From Thalia democratica (Eukaryota): DNA of 64,000 nt. Shown here one piece after another: positions 25,444-38,460 of this stretch (position 1 is the stretch's first letter; each line of letters starts with the position of its first letter). The notes under the pieces are model-generated. The model had not been told where the DNA came from. It saw nothing but the letters and a program-made list of their open reading frames with translations, and searched no databases. Both the position numbers and the translations under genes were made by a program. The stretch is taken from the NCBI GenBank assembly GCA_965202585.1, contig OZ241826.1, positions 54,436,001 through 54,500,000 on the forward strand. The letters run 5' to 3'.

Positions 25444-27284
25444 CAGGGTTGCCACTCGGTCAGGAAAAGTCAGGAAATCAGGAAAAGTCAGGAAAAATTT
25501 GAAAAAATTACAAAAGTCAGGAAAAGTCAGGAAAAAATGGGGGGTTTTGAAAAAAGTCAGGAAAAGTCAGGAAATTTGATAAAATAAAATAAAAAAGTCA
25601 GATTTTTTCAGTTTAAATTTACGAAATTCCTTGTTTTCCAAAGCCTTTAAGTGGTAAAAGTTAATTAAAAGTCCTTAAAGTCAGAAAAAAATTTCAAAAT
25701 TTTCCTAAAAATTTACAAAAATATTTAGTTTTATTTCCAATGCCTTCAGCTGGTATAAATTAGTAAAATATCCTTTATAATACTGCAAAAATTTTCTATT
25801 AACATATTGAACAAGTACCCTACTTGAACAAGCAGATTTTGTAAGCTTTTTAGTATTTATGATCTGTAGCAAGGACACTTCCATAGTGAAACTGTGATAT
25901 ATACACAAAAGTTTATCTAGCATAATTTTAGAATCAAAGAGTTTTTTGTTCAAGTAAACAATTGAGTTCTTTATAACTAAGCAGTTAGTTTAGTATTTGA
26001 TGTAACAAGTTAATGTGTATACTTTACCTCTTTATAATTTTTTCAAATTTGTTTAAATTTTTTAAATAAGTTATAAGAGAGGTATAATATGCCAAGATTA
26101 AATTTACTTATTATTTGTATTTTTTGGAGAGTAACTCAAGTTTTTAAAGTATATAAGAGTATATTTATTTGTTACAAACTTTATACTAAATGATAAGAGG
26201 AAATATTTTATACAACAGATATATAGTTTACTTTTTTATGTCTTTTTTTACAGTCACTTAAGTATATTCTTTTTTATTCTTTATTTAACGATTTTATATT
26301 AAATATTGGGTGTATTTTATTGAACTAAGTGAACAATTTATATAAGTAAAACATGTTTTAAGTAAATACTTTTTATTACTAGATATTTTTAACTTAAACG
26401 CTAAATTTTTATCACTAGATTTATTTTACAACTTATATGCTAAATCTGACTAAAGTTTACTTTTTTAGTTAAATAAATAGCTTATTACTGATAGAGAGTA
26501 AATTTATTTTTTGTATTAAGGTGTCAGATTAGATTTATTTGTACAGAAAACTAACACTTTATGTATTGGGTTTTTAAACTCAGACTAACCATTGTTATTT
26601 TTTTCAGATCAGCATTTAATTGTTTTTTTATATTTTAATTATGCCAAAGTTTACATATTTCAAGAATTCTTGGCTTTCTGAAAAAGATTTTTCTGAATGA
26701 AAGTTCCTTATTAATTTAAGGTTTTAATTGTAAAAGTTCCTTATATGTCGTTTCGTTCATTTAGATACATTTATACTAGGAAATTCTAAAAAATTGTGTT
26801 CTTTATTGTTTTAAGGTTTCAACTGTAAAAACTTGTTATTGTTTTAAGATTTTAGTTGTGAAAGTTTGTTATTAATTCAAGGTTTTAATTGTAAAAGTTC
26901 CTTATATGTCGTTTGTTTATCTAGATACATTTATGCTAGGATTTGCTAAAAAATTGTTTTGTTTTTCAGACAAGCTGTGTTTATAAGGTAAAAATACAAG
27001 AATTTTGCTAATAGAGCTGTTTATTACAAACATCAATCATACACAGATGGTTTAAGTGATGTACTGGAAGTTTGATTATAGAATTCAGCAAAAAACTATT
27101 GTTTAGAACCTGTATTAAAGTTAGATTGGAAGTTTTATATAGTTTTAAGTGTTAGATTATGTATTTTAGAATAAGTCTAGTTTAAGAGTTTGATTTAGAA
27201 AAGTCAGGAAAACTTTGGTAAAAAGTCAGGAAAAAGTCAGGAAAAGTCAGGAAATTCTTCTCAGCTTTTTGAGTGGCAACCATG
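25444..27284. mobile_element. 1.84-kb non-autonomous TIR transposon (hAT-like) with 6-bp TSD
   Basis: TIRs CAGGGTTGCCACTC / GAGTGGCAACCATG (one mismatch), with CTTAAA on both flanks. AAAAGTCAGG direct repeats occur at both ends, and there is an internal ~50-bp duplication at about 26730 and 26890. No transposase ORF. Confidence 0.85.
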
Positions 27285-27656
27285 CTTAAATTAGTTTGAT
27301 TTTATAATAATAGGCCACCATAGATTTAATTATACTAGAGGCAGAAAAGCTTTTTAGACGCAAAAATGTATTGAAATTATCTTTAAACAAGCCTTATTGT
27401 TTACTAGCAATAGAGTTATTAGCTTATTTGAAAATATTTATTAATAATATAATTGTCTTAAATTTAAAATAATTATTAAAAATAAATAGAACTCTGTGTA
27501 AGTTTATATTTACACAGAGAGTTCAAGCTAAAAAATGCTCCCAGCCCCTTTAGTAATAGTCACTAAAATTTTATAAAATAAATTCTAGGAAATTTTCAAG
27601 GAAACTTTTTAAACTTTTTTTTTTCTACTAGCAGGTCCTGATTTTTTAGACATAAT

Positions 27657-27712
27657 ATCATCTCATTTCATCTATCTCATTTCATCTCATTTCATTTATC
27701 TCATTTCATTAT
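27657..27712. repeat. Compound pentanucleotide microsatellite
   Basis: ATCTC/ATTTC units. Confidence 0.8.
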
Positions 27713-28399
27713 CAGTAATTTTTCATGGTATATTTTAAAATTTTATTTTTCTCAGTAAAATAAACATTCAGAACTATTATATTTATAAGAAATACATTTA
27801 CTTAGCATTATGGTGTGTACTAAACTTCCTTTTTAAATTGTGTAATATGCACATGTTTTTTAGAGTTAGAGAGAACCACTGAGAGAGAGTTAGAGAGAAC
27901 CACAGTACTGTTCATACTCATCTTTAACTTACTTTTAATAGCAATCAGTTAATATTCTTTATCATAGGTTTTAAATTTGCTTTTTAAAATAAAGTATGCT
28001 TTTTAAAAATTTCTGTAAAATTTTATAAAAGTATCTATAATATGCAATAAAAAAATTTCTATAAATACAATTTTATTAAAATAGGAGTTGCATTCTAGTA
28101 AATCAATATAGTACAGTAAAATATCAAAAGCTTTGGTAATGCTTTTAAAAGGCTTAATTTTATTTTTAGATACTCTTTTTTTCTAATCATCATACCTAAT
28201 TGTATACACAATCAAAAGTTAATTTAGCTTTAGGCTAGAAAAGTAAAGTATGATTTCATTCAATTTATGACTTTTGATTTTTGTTATCCTGGAACTTGCA
28301 GTGTTTTCATTGCATTGTTGTAATTATCTAAAGAATTCCTAAAAATCTAAAAAATGAAGAGAAGTTGTAACACTTTAATATGGATTAGGAAGTTTAAAA

Positions 28400-29280
28400 C
28401 AGGGTTGCCAAACATTCAGGTTACTCAATACAACTCAGGCTAGTTTGAAACTTTTGAAATATTTAGACCAAGTCAGGTTAGTTAAATTTTTTCTTTTGCA
28501 AAACTCACACTAGTTTTGATGTTTTTCTTAAATCTCAGCCTTTTAGTTTCACTTTATTTATTTTTAGTAAGTTATATTTTTAGGCCATAGGGGGTAAATC
28601 ACTTTTTTACTAATTTGTTTTATTTAGTATAGTTATTTACAAATTGCTTTTAACATACTTTTGATAATCAAAAATGTTTTTTAGGTATAGCTGGTTAAAC
28701 TTGAAGAGTATATAAGGTTTCTTAACAAAAATAATTTTTTTAAATAAAAATTTTTTTTTTTTAAGTTTTGGTCAGAAAATTTTTCCTTTATGATTATTTT
28801 AAGCTTGTTTCTATAGATTTTTCTAATTATTGCAAGGAATATTTTTTGAAAGTTTGAGGTAATTATAATAATAAGTAATATATATATATATATGATATGA
28901 TAATAAAAGTCTATCTCCTCCTTTGAGATAATTATTATCTCAAAGAAAGAGATATACTTTTATTTGTAGACAGTTTTAGTTTTTTCCTCCCATAAAAAAC
29001 CTACTAAAAATTGCAACTTTAACTGGCTATATCTCTAAAAGTAGTTTGGACAATAAAAGTCTGTAAAAAACAAGTTATAGAATAGTGAAAACTCTAAAAT
29101 TAAATAAAGTTGTTATAACCCCTCTTATGGTCTTTTGTTATTGTTTTGGAATTTTCTATTTTTAAACTTCATTAACAGTAACTTCTTCAGTTTTTGGTTC
29201 CATCAACATTTTTTAAATTCTTAAACTCAGATCAACTTCAGCTAGCTTGATGTGACTCAGGTTTTTTTTGTCACTCATGC
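28400..29280. mobile_element. Degenerate CAGGGTTGCCA-ended element carrying a nested Kolobok-like copy
   Basis: Left TIR CAGGGTTGCCA and ACTCAGG subterminal repeats; the right end is decayed. Confidence 0.4.
28583..29133. mobile_element. Older, degenerate copy of the Kolobok-like foldback
   Basis: Begins GGCCATAGGGGGTAAATCAC and ends ATAACCCCTCTTATGGTC. Internal blocks CAAGGAATATTTT..AAAGTTTGAGGTA and AACTGGCTATATCTC match 30028-30709. Confidence 0.55.
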
Positions 29281-29424
29281 ACAATGTTTTAGTTGTAAGT
29301 AGCAAAAAAAATGAAAAAATAAGTTTTTGTCCTTAGTTGTATATTCAATTGACTTTATTGTTAAGCAGTTTATAATGACCATGTAAGTTTATTCTTTTTC
29401 AGTTTTTAACTTGTATAACATAAT

Positions 29425-32400
29425 ATGAACAAGGTTCAATCAATGTTTGGCCGTCATTTTTCAACTGCTGCTGGACAAGAAATAGAGCAAGCAACTAATT
29501 TATCCGATTTAAATTGGAACAATAAAGAAGAAAAGACTAACCAATTTACAAGAGTTTGCAGAACTATTGATTCCTATTCAGATGGTGCTAAGGATGCTAT
29601 TAAAGCCTTTAGGAAAAGACTGAATGGAAACAAAAATTTTAGCCAAGTAGAGTTATCAGTGTCATTGCTAGATTTTTGTGTAAAACATCTGGGAGTTAAT
29701 TTTCATCTTCTAGTAGGAAGAAGGGATTTTGCTGGCGATGTATTATTGACTTTGCTATCGTCTAAATCTCAATATCCATCCAATATAAAACAAATAGTGT
29801 TAGGCATAATTAAAATGTTGGCAGAAACCTATAAGCATAGCAATGTAGAAATGAGTGATGTCATAGCTATTTACAATGATTTATTAGATCACAGATATGA
29901 GTTTCCAAAAACAAACAAACTAAATGTTTCTCTTTCTAGCAATGAACAGAATTCCTACTCAAGTTCAAGTGGCAGCTCTTCACTGGTTCGCCCAGCTCAA
30001 CAAGGTCTGATATACTTTTAGTATTAAGGGCATAGGGGGGGGTAAACACCCTTTTTTGGTTTTTGATCTTATTTTATATAGTTTTTACTAAGCTACAAGA
30101 TGCTTTTTACAGATTTAAAAATTTCAAAATAATTTTTGAGATATAGCCAGTCAAAGTCGGAGGCAACAACAGGTTCCTTATGGGAGGCGCAAACTAAAAC
30201 AGCAAAAATAGACTATTTCACTAAAAATCTATCTTCTCCTACGTTTTTTGAGATAACTACCTCAAATTTTCAGGAAATGTTCCTTGATATTTTTAGAAAA
30301 TTCTGTCGGAACAGAATTTAAAGAAATTAAAAAATAAAAATTTTATATAAAAAATAAACAAAAAAAACAGTTTTTTTTTATTTTTTTTATTATAAATTTT
30401 TTATTTTTTAATTTTTTTAAATTCTGTTCCGACAGAATTTTCTAAATATATCAAGGAACATTTCCTGAAAATTTGAGGTAGTTATCTCAAAAAACGTAGG
30501 AGGAGATAGATTTTTAGTGATTTCTAGTTATTTGCAGTTTTAGTTTGCGCCTCCCATAAGGAACCTGTTGTTGCCTCCGACTTTGACTGGCTATATCTTA
30601 AAAATTATTTTGAAATTTTTAAATCTGTAAAAAGCATCTTGTAGCTTAGTAAAAACTATATAAAATAAGATCAAAAACCAAAAAAGGGTGTTTACCCCCC
30701 CCTATGCCCTTAATTATTGTTTTAGATGTTTAAAAAACTAAAAAAACTATTTGAATTAATTTTTTGAAGTTATGTTTAAATAAAAGTTCTATTTTATTGA
30801 TAATACAAGTTAATTAATGTTAGTTTAATAATTGAATAATGTTTATTATTTTAAAGTATACAAGTTTCATAAATATTTTATGTGTTTATTTTATTGTATT
30901 TATTTGCAATTTAGAACCACTTTTATTACTGTTCTTTGTTAAGTATTATAATTTTTATACTATATTAACTATTGTAAAAAGTAATCAAAGACAACTTTCT
31001 AATTCAAGCAAAATTTTTGTTAGGGTATCAGTGTAACCACACAGTCAGGTCTTTTAGGCTTGTTTAAAAAAATTTGAGGTCCATGCTGACTCAGGATAAT
31101 GTAATTGGTTTTTATACACTAAAATTAGTTTAACAATTTTTAATAGAATTAGAATAGCCTAAATATAAAAATAAAAAACTGGCATTAGTATTCAAAATTA
31201 TTATAGTTTAATTATGTTTATTTTACACTTTTCAGGCTAGTTTTAAATTTCAAAAAAACTCAAGAAAGCTCAGGCTTTTTTTTTTCAAATTGTTTGAAAA
31301 ACTCTGTCTAATTTAAAGTTTGTTCCTAAATATCTAGCAAATTTTTATGAATTCATTATTTTTGTCTTTAATTATTTTTGTATAGACTTTCTATTTTCTT
31401 GTTTCTTTTATTACTTTATCCATTACTTAAGCTGGATTAACTAAAAAAAAATCAGTCTTTAATTCTTACTTTTTTTCATTTTATAATTAACTGAGGCTAG
31501 TTTTGGTCACTTAGACTGACCTTTTTGCATAAAAGAATGACAACCCTGACTTTTACAAAATTATGTTTTTCAGTGATATTGAATATAAAATATGCAAGAA
31601 AATGTTTACAGTCACACTCTTTGTCATGTTTAAATAAAACATAAGTATATATAAACTTTAGGGTAATAGAAAATTACTTTGAACGTTTAAATTATTTTAA
31701 TGGTATTTTAATATACTCAGCATACATCATAGTGACTAAGACTAGTTTTGATCATTCAGGATCGTTTTTTGCTGGGTGAAGGACAACCATGTAGTATTCT
31801 TAGGATTTTTTTTAAAGACCATTTTCAAACCTTAATATGCACTAGTTACTTAAATGATTTTAAAAACTCTATTATTTATATAAAAATAGTGTTGTAAAGT
31901 CTTCACTAAAAATTTTTTCAATGGGCAACAAGCTTATTTTATTTTTTAGAAATGTACTAAATATCAGCTGTATGCTAGTTTATAAAAAAATATTTCTAAA
32001 ATGCTTTTAAATCCTCACGTTGAAGAGTTTTCAGATATATTTGTTTATTAGTTTTAGATAAACTTAAAATCAATTTCGAATCTAGACTAAAGTTTTAAAG
32101 TTCATCTAAATTTTTGCTGTAAATAGATGATGAAAATTTAGTTTAAATAAGATATTTTTTGAGAATATGACTAAAAGTTCTTTAAGGATCAAGATGTTGC
32201 TTTTTTTTTTATTAAATGCTCATCTCTAATATTATTTTTAAAGAAGTAGGCACATTGATATTACATGTAAGTCAGAAAGTTCAAAATGAAAATGTAAAAG
32301 TTTTATAGTTTGATTCTCAAGCTTATTTAAGATTTGTTATACTTTTTTATTAAAGAAAAGTAATTGGATACTTTAAACTATGCTCTACAAATAACTCAGC

Positions 32401-35209
32401 AAGTACCTAAAAGTTTGTTTATTAAATCACTAATATGGTCAGTATTTTATTTTGAAAGCTAATCATCGAATTTAATTGACTTTGATAAAGTTTTAATTAT
32501 ATAATTTATTTATAGTTAATTTCTATTTTTATCAGAATTTGATATTAACTTTAATTTTCATTGTGCATTCTGATTCATATTAAAAAAATCATTTCAAAGT
32601 AACATTTTAAATTAAGCTTTAGCATTTAATTTATTTATAACTCGCAAAAATATTTCTACTATCAATTACTATTCTACTAGCTTTAAACCTTATAATCCAT
32701 TTTAAAATTTCTTATATTTCCAAGTATGTCTCTGCTACTTTAATTTAATGTACCACTAGATTAGTACTTAGGCTAAAAACTTAATGTATGTATATAATAT
32801 TGGTAAAAATTTTACATAAGTTCTATAGACCATTTTAGTGATAGCTACTTTTTTACTGACACAAGTTGTTTTTTTCTGTATAGCTGATGTTCGGCTGTAA
32901 TAATCTTTTTAAGTTTACAAAACAGCAAAGTAGTTTACTTTTTTAATAAAAAGTTCTTAATGAACATTTTTTTTAGCTTTACTTTTTTATTTGTATATAA
33001 ATTTAAGCTAAATTATTTTTAGTAGGTAAAATTATTCCCCCTGGCCAACCAATACAAGTAAACCAGAAACAGTTGCTTAAATTACAAAAAGACTTGTCCG
33101 TTGTTGAAGGAAATGTAAAAGTTTTTAGTGATATGTTGACTCACATTGACCCTGTCGGAGGAGATCAACAAGATATCCAACTTATGGGAGAGTTAAACAG
33201 AACCTGCAGGTATTTTTTATGTTTGTTTTGAATTTAAAAAAAGTGAGAGTACACATAATGGGGGGTAAGCCATGTTTTTCACAAGTTGATCTTATTTTGT
33301 AGAGTTTTTACTAAGCTTTAAAAAAACTAAGTTGCTTTTTACAATTTAAAAAAACTCAAATTAATTTTTGAGATATGACTGGTCAAAGTTGAGCCACATA
33401 ATAGCTTCCTTATAGGGAAGGAAAACTAAAACAGCAAAAAAGACTATTTTGTTTAAAATCTGTATCCTCCTACAATTATCAAGCGATCTTCTTCAAACTT
33501 TGAGAGTCTAATCTTTATACAATAACTAAAATAGATTACTTTAAATTTCAAAAAAAATTGAGTAAAAATACCTTAAAAAAAGGCTTTTTTTTTAGTTTTT
33601 GTGGTAAAAATGTTATTTTTAATAATTTAAAATTCATAGGAAACGTTTTTTCCTTATAATGTAAGGAATATTTCCTGAAAATTTGAATAAGATTGCTTGA
33701 AAAATGAAGGAGGAGATATATTTTTAGTGATTAAGTTTCCGAGAAAATTGACCCCAAAAAGTTTTCGGTCCATACGTTTGTATCGGAAAATTTTTTACAA
33801 AAGATAAAATATCTCAAAAGTTAATTGATACTTTTGAATTCTATAAAAGCTAGCTTGTAGTTTATACTTAAAGCTTTCAAATAAATGCCAAAATTATTTT
33901 AAATGTGTTGGACCCCATATGGCCTTAAAAAGATCCGAGCGAAACAAGTTCACTTGAATATATAATAACAACAAACAAACAGTATTCCTTCTTTATTACA
34001 CTAACACATGTTTCTGTGTGGTAACGGGTTATCACATATCAACGGAGCTCTGTAAAAAACACTATTTAGATTTTACATAGTATTTATTAAATAGTTGTTA
34101 CATAATTACCTAGTAAGTAGTATTTATTTTTAACAGAGCTCCGTTGAAGTGTTTTAACCTGTTAAGACACAGAAACATGTCTTAGTGTAATAAAGAAAGA
34201 AACTGTTTATTTTATTGTTATTATATTTAAAATAGCTTTAATTATCTTGCTTAAAAGATGTAGGTGATAACTGTATTTTTTAAACATGTTTACTAATTAA
34301 AACGAGTTCAATTTAAATGTAAAACTATTTCGAACTAGTCAAGATAATTTTTTCCATTTTTCTAATTAGTAAGTACATTACAAAAGAACAAGTACAGCTT
34401 AAGTTGTTAGAATTTATTTTTTGATAGTTTAAGAGAAAAAAAAGGCCTAAGTTCAATAACTTAAAATAACTTTTCTAAGTTGAGTACTAGTTAATTTTTA
34501 ATAAATAAAATTAACTTCAAAAAGTTATAAGCATGCTTACTTTTTTTTTGTACATTAAAAGAAAAAAGCTCTATTCGATTAGTTACTTAATTTGTGTAAT
34601 TGCAGGTCTATGCAGCAGAGAATAGTTGAGTTGATCGGCCAAGTGCAAAACGACGATGTTGTAGTTGAGCTGTTGCGCATCAACGATGAGTTGAACAACG
34701 TTTTTATGCGTTACGACCGCTTCGAGCGCTACTCGAATCCGCAAAACCCTCAGCAGGCAGCAGAAGCACCGATCAACACCACGACACTGCCTGTTGTTGC
34801 TACTGAACCTCCCCCAAGCTATAATGATTCCGAAAATTTCACCCCAGCACCAGCGGTCACCAACGACCTTATTGACCTCGGAATTGACAACTCTGTCCCC
34901 GAACAGCCAGCCAGCAACAATGAACTGGCGCTCGGTGATTTTTCCAAGCTAAGTTTGCAGCCCGAGCCAGCTGCTGATATCGAAGAAAGAGTGAAGAACT
35001 TTTCAGGAAACCAGAGCGAATTGGACGAAGTGAAGGAAATAGAAAGTTGGCTGAACAGCGACCAGCAGTTTGGTGGTCAGCAAGCGGAAGTGGACGACTT
35101 CAGCAATTTTTTGTCGCAGAGGGCGACCACTAGTCAGCCGAATCAAGCTGATGCTGGTAACAACAGCAAAGTTCCCACCGCTGACCCTAGCAGCCAATCC
35201 TTGCTCTGA
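29425..35209 (+). CDS. TOM1: TOM1/TOM1L-family VHS-GAT endosomal adaptor, 455 aa
   Basis: Exons 29425-30004, 33026-33209 and 34606-35209; phases 1 and 2 match. VHS: [31 protein letters not shown]: [49 protein letters not shown]. Tail: [21 protein letters not shown]. Confidence 0.93.
30028..30709. mobile_element. 682-bp foldback non-autonomous DNA transposon, TTAA-flanked (Kolobok-like), in TOM1 intron 1
   Basis: TTAA|GGGCATAGGGGGGGTAAACACCC ... GGGTGTTTACCCCCCCCTATGCCC|TTAA. The two arms of about 310 bp are near-perfect reverse complements. A TTAA duplication with RR..YY termini is the Kolobok pattern; piggyBac has CCC..GGG termini. Confidence 0.8.
31029..31548. mobile_element. Degenerate CAGGGTT-family element in TOM1 intron 1
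   Basis: Starts CAGTGTAACCA and ends TGACAACCCTG, with repeated (C)TCAGGCTAG motifs as in the 28400 copy. Confidence 0.45.
33250..33924 (+). mobile_element. Kolobok-like non-autonomous element in TOM1 intron 2
   Basis: The left part matches the arm of 30028-30709. The right part ends GGACCCCATATGGCC|TTAA. Confidence 0.7.
33959..34226. mobile_element. Unclassified foldback MITE with ~110-bp TIRs (partial copy at about 41375-41440)
   Basis: TATATAATAACA..CTTTATTACACTAACACATGTTTCTGTG..AACGGAGCTCTGT mirrored by ACAGAGCTCCGTT..CACAGAAACATGTCTTAGTGTAATAAAG..TGTTATTATAT. Confidence 0.75.
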
Positions 35210-36778
35210 AAGCTATTTTTGCCCTCTCAAATACTGTTTCAGTTTATTTTTTAAGTTTGTAAACATATGTTCTTGATTTTTTTTAAATTATAAACACTGC
35301 GTAATTGACTTTTTTTCTTTTATACTTTTTCTTTCTATCACAAAATTACAACTGATTTTAAAAATAGTTTTTCGAATTTTCGTTAGAAACTTTATCAATT
35401 AAAAAGGCGTCTTTTAAATTTTTATTATTATGTTTTAAATTATAAGTTTTAGATAGTTCGTTTAATTTGAAAACTTTATCTGTGTAAGTAGTATTTGATA
35501 TAATATAGTTATACACTTTTTTGAATCCTACTTTTTCAATAAGTTGCTAAAACAACGTAAGTTTATGTATATATATATGTATAAGTTCTTACTGCTGCAT
35601 AATAAAATTAGTTTTCATTAAGATTTCTTAAACAACCGATGTAATTTACAGTTAATGTTTAACTTGATAATGCTTTTAGTTTTATTTGAGTTTGAAATTT
35701 TATTACTGTATACTATTTGTGCTATAAATATTAAACTCACCAAACTATTTTTAAAGTTAAGTAATGGTTTATTAGTAAAATATTTTACTTACCCATAAAA
35801 TAAATGTCTGTTAAAAATTTGCACATAATTTCAAATTTTTAACAGTTAAGATTTCATAAACTACCTTTGAAAATTTAGAGATTAAAGTTTCAGCTTTTTT
35901 TATCATTTTCACTATTATTTATTTCTGTATTTTATAGTGCTCAGCTTTCATTGCAGATAAAAATTTAGATATTTCATCGTAAAAAAAAGTATAACTACTT
36001 ACCTTATAAATTATTTGTTTTTACGAGATTAGTTGAGACGCTTTTATTCTATTTAAATTAAATATACTTCAGTGATTTATCACTAAATTTAAAGTTGTTC
36101 TACTGCTTTAAAATAATCGATGCAAGTTTTTATTACGTATATTAAATCTTTTTGATTGTAAAGTACACAATTTTATTTTATGTAGATTATATAATAAATT
36201 GAACTGTAAGTTTATTTTTGTAAAACGATACATATTTTTAAGGCACTAGATAATCAAAAAATAGCTAAAGTAGTTTAACTAAGACCAAAATTAAATAAAT
36301 TTTTTGTAGTTTAAAAAAAGCTAGTTTGAAGACTATTATCTCAAGTCATACAATCCTAGCGAAGAAAAGTTCGTCAGTTATATGGGCTAACAAAGAAACA
36401 TAATTACTTTTATTAAAACTCAAATCAATCTTTAGTTTTAACTCAATCTACTTAGTTACTAAATTAGTACTGTATATAGTAAATATCATTTGTCACTTAT
36501 TAATTTATATTTCTGTGACCATCGTACCAGCGTGAAACAGTTGAAACATGGAATAATTTTTTATTTCAGTAATCTGTTGTATAAGCACTTATGTTTTCGT
36601 AATAAATAAAAAAAGTTTTTTTTAGTATTATAGTAAACAATTATGTTACACTTATGTCATTTAAGCAACTGTTAATATGTATGCTTATAACGTATATACA
36701 TGCAAGTTTTGTGTTTAATGATAATTATGTGTCATAAATAAGCCTCATGGAAGTATATCATTAACAAAGTTTTTAGCC

Positions 36779-37156
36779 GGGTGCACGACTGTTAAAGTTC
36801 TTATAAAAAAATTTAAAGGGCCACAACTAAAAAAGTAATGCATATTTGTCAAATATAAAAAATACATATGTAGGTCCTATTAATATCTACAAGCCGTTTT
36901 TTCTCTTTGCAAAACATTAAATATTTTTTGTGATATGGCTTAAATAAAGTGAAAAATATAGTTATTTTCAGTAATTTTAAAATATCTTAAAAAAATTTTA
37001 AGATTATGCAAAAAAGAAAAAGTGGCTTGTAGGTTTTAATCAGATCTCCATGTGCTTTTTTTATTTTTTTTGAAATTTATATAATTTTTTTAGATATAGG
37101 GTTTTAAATATTTTTTCACGAATCTAAATTGTCAGAATTTGAATTGTCATGTAACC
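36779..37156. mobile_element. MITE, GGGTGCACGAC family
   Basis: GGGTGCACGACTG ... GAATTTGAATTGTCATGTAACC; the interior aligns to 42660-42989. Confidence 0.65.
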
Positions 37157-37206
37157 TTTTTAGCCTAAGACTGGTTACAAACATATTCTATGACTACTAA
37201 CTATAC

Positions 37207-38460
37207 CAGTGGTATGCAAACTGCGGGTCAATTGTGGCCTGCAAAGAAATAATCTACGACCCGCGATCTAATTTTTAGAAACAAAACTAAAAATAACGCA
37301 ATAAACAAATGTCTAGTTTAAATTTATAACTAAATAAGAGCTAGCTATAATAACATTAATGTTTACTGTTGAAAATTAGCAGATTTAGAACAACACTAAA
37401 GCGAATCAACAAAAAAAAACTTACAATAATAATATTTAAGAAAACAATTATTTCAAAAGTACCTATCTTAAAGATTTAAATGCTTTGTCTGAATTTTATT
37501 TTTGTTTACATAAACTGAGTTTTAACGATTGTATACGTAAAGCTTCAAGAATGAAAATGTTTTGATTTGCTCACTAATTAATTGTTTAAGTCCACAAAAA
37601 AAGTAATTTAAAATGAATAACTTTATGCCTTAATTATTGTAATGCTCTCAGAAATTCAACACTTTATGAAAACTATACGTAAAAAAAAATTTTTTTGAAT
37701 AAGTAATAATACTTCATTAACATAATTTGCTACTTAACATAAGTAAACTTAAGTATTAAAACAAAATTATTAGATTACTTACAATACTTTAACTACAATT
37801 TATATTCAACTTATAGTTCATATCATTTTTACAAAAAATATAATAGTACTAAATATAATAACCGTTTTTTTGAAAAGTTATACTACTTTTTTATCTTTTG
37901 GCTCATTTACCATATGAAGCTATCATTTTATGGCATAAGAAAATAACAAAAAAACACCAGATATATATTTGTAGTTTTATATTTCTCAACAAAAATTTAA
38001 TCTCAGCGGGCAGCGTTTTTTTTTATAGTTTTGCGTCAAACGCATCATTGGACAAAGAGAAAAAAAAGGTCAGCAATGACGGCGATCTTCTACAAAAGAT
38101 CGCAAAAAAGAATAAAACATCATTTTAAGAAACCGTAGAAATTAAAATTAAAACGATTTGTTTTTTATTTATTTTAGTTACTATTTGTTGCATCACTGTG
38201 TTTTTAGTTCTCTTTATTATTTTATTTTTTGTATGTTACTATTTTTAGGCATAATACGCTTAGCTGATTTCGGCTGATCGCAGGCTTATTAATATCAATT
38301 TGCACTAAAATAAAATTCATAGCATATAAAACAAAAAGTTAATAAAGTCCTCAGTTTTAGTGATATAGATAAGATTTTAAAACTAAAAAGTAAATAGCGA
38401 GCAAAAGATTTCTGTTGGCGGGCCGAATTCGTTCCCCAGGCCGTACGTTATCCACCTCTG
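37207..38460. mobile_element. Charlie-like ends, possibly composite
   Basis: CAGTGGTATGCAAACTGCGGG left end and GGCGGGCCG..GGCCGTACGTTATCCACCTCTG right end; no TSD match. A further left end, TAGGGGTGT..ATACGGCCC, is at 38535. Confidence 0.4.

Noticed and set aside
25455-25580. Spaced AAAAGTCAGG repeats as a CRISPR-like array
   Set aside because: The repeats are 10 bp with irregular spacing and sit next to a TIR; they are transposon subterminal repeats.
28400-31548. Apparent TIR pair enclosing the TOM1 VHS exon (Pack-element capture)
   Set aside because: The flanks share no TSD. Two separate decayed copies, one on each side of the exon, explain it.
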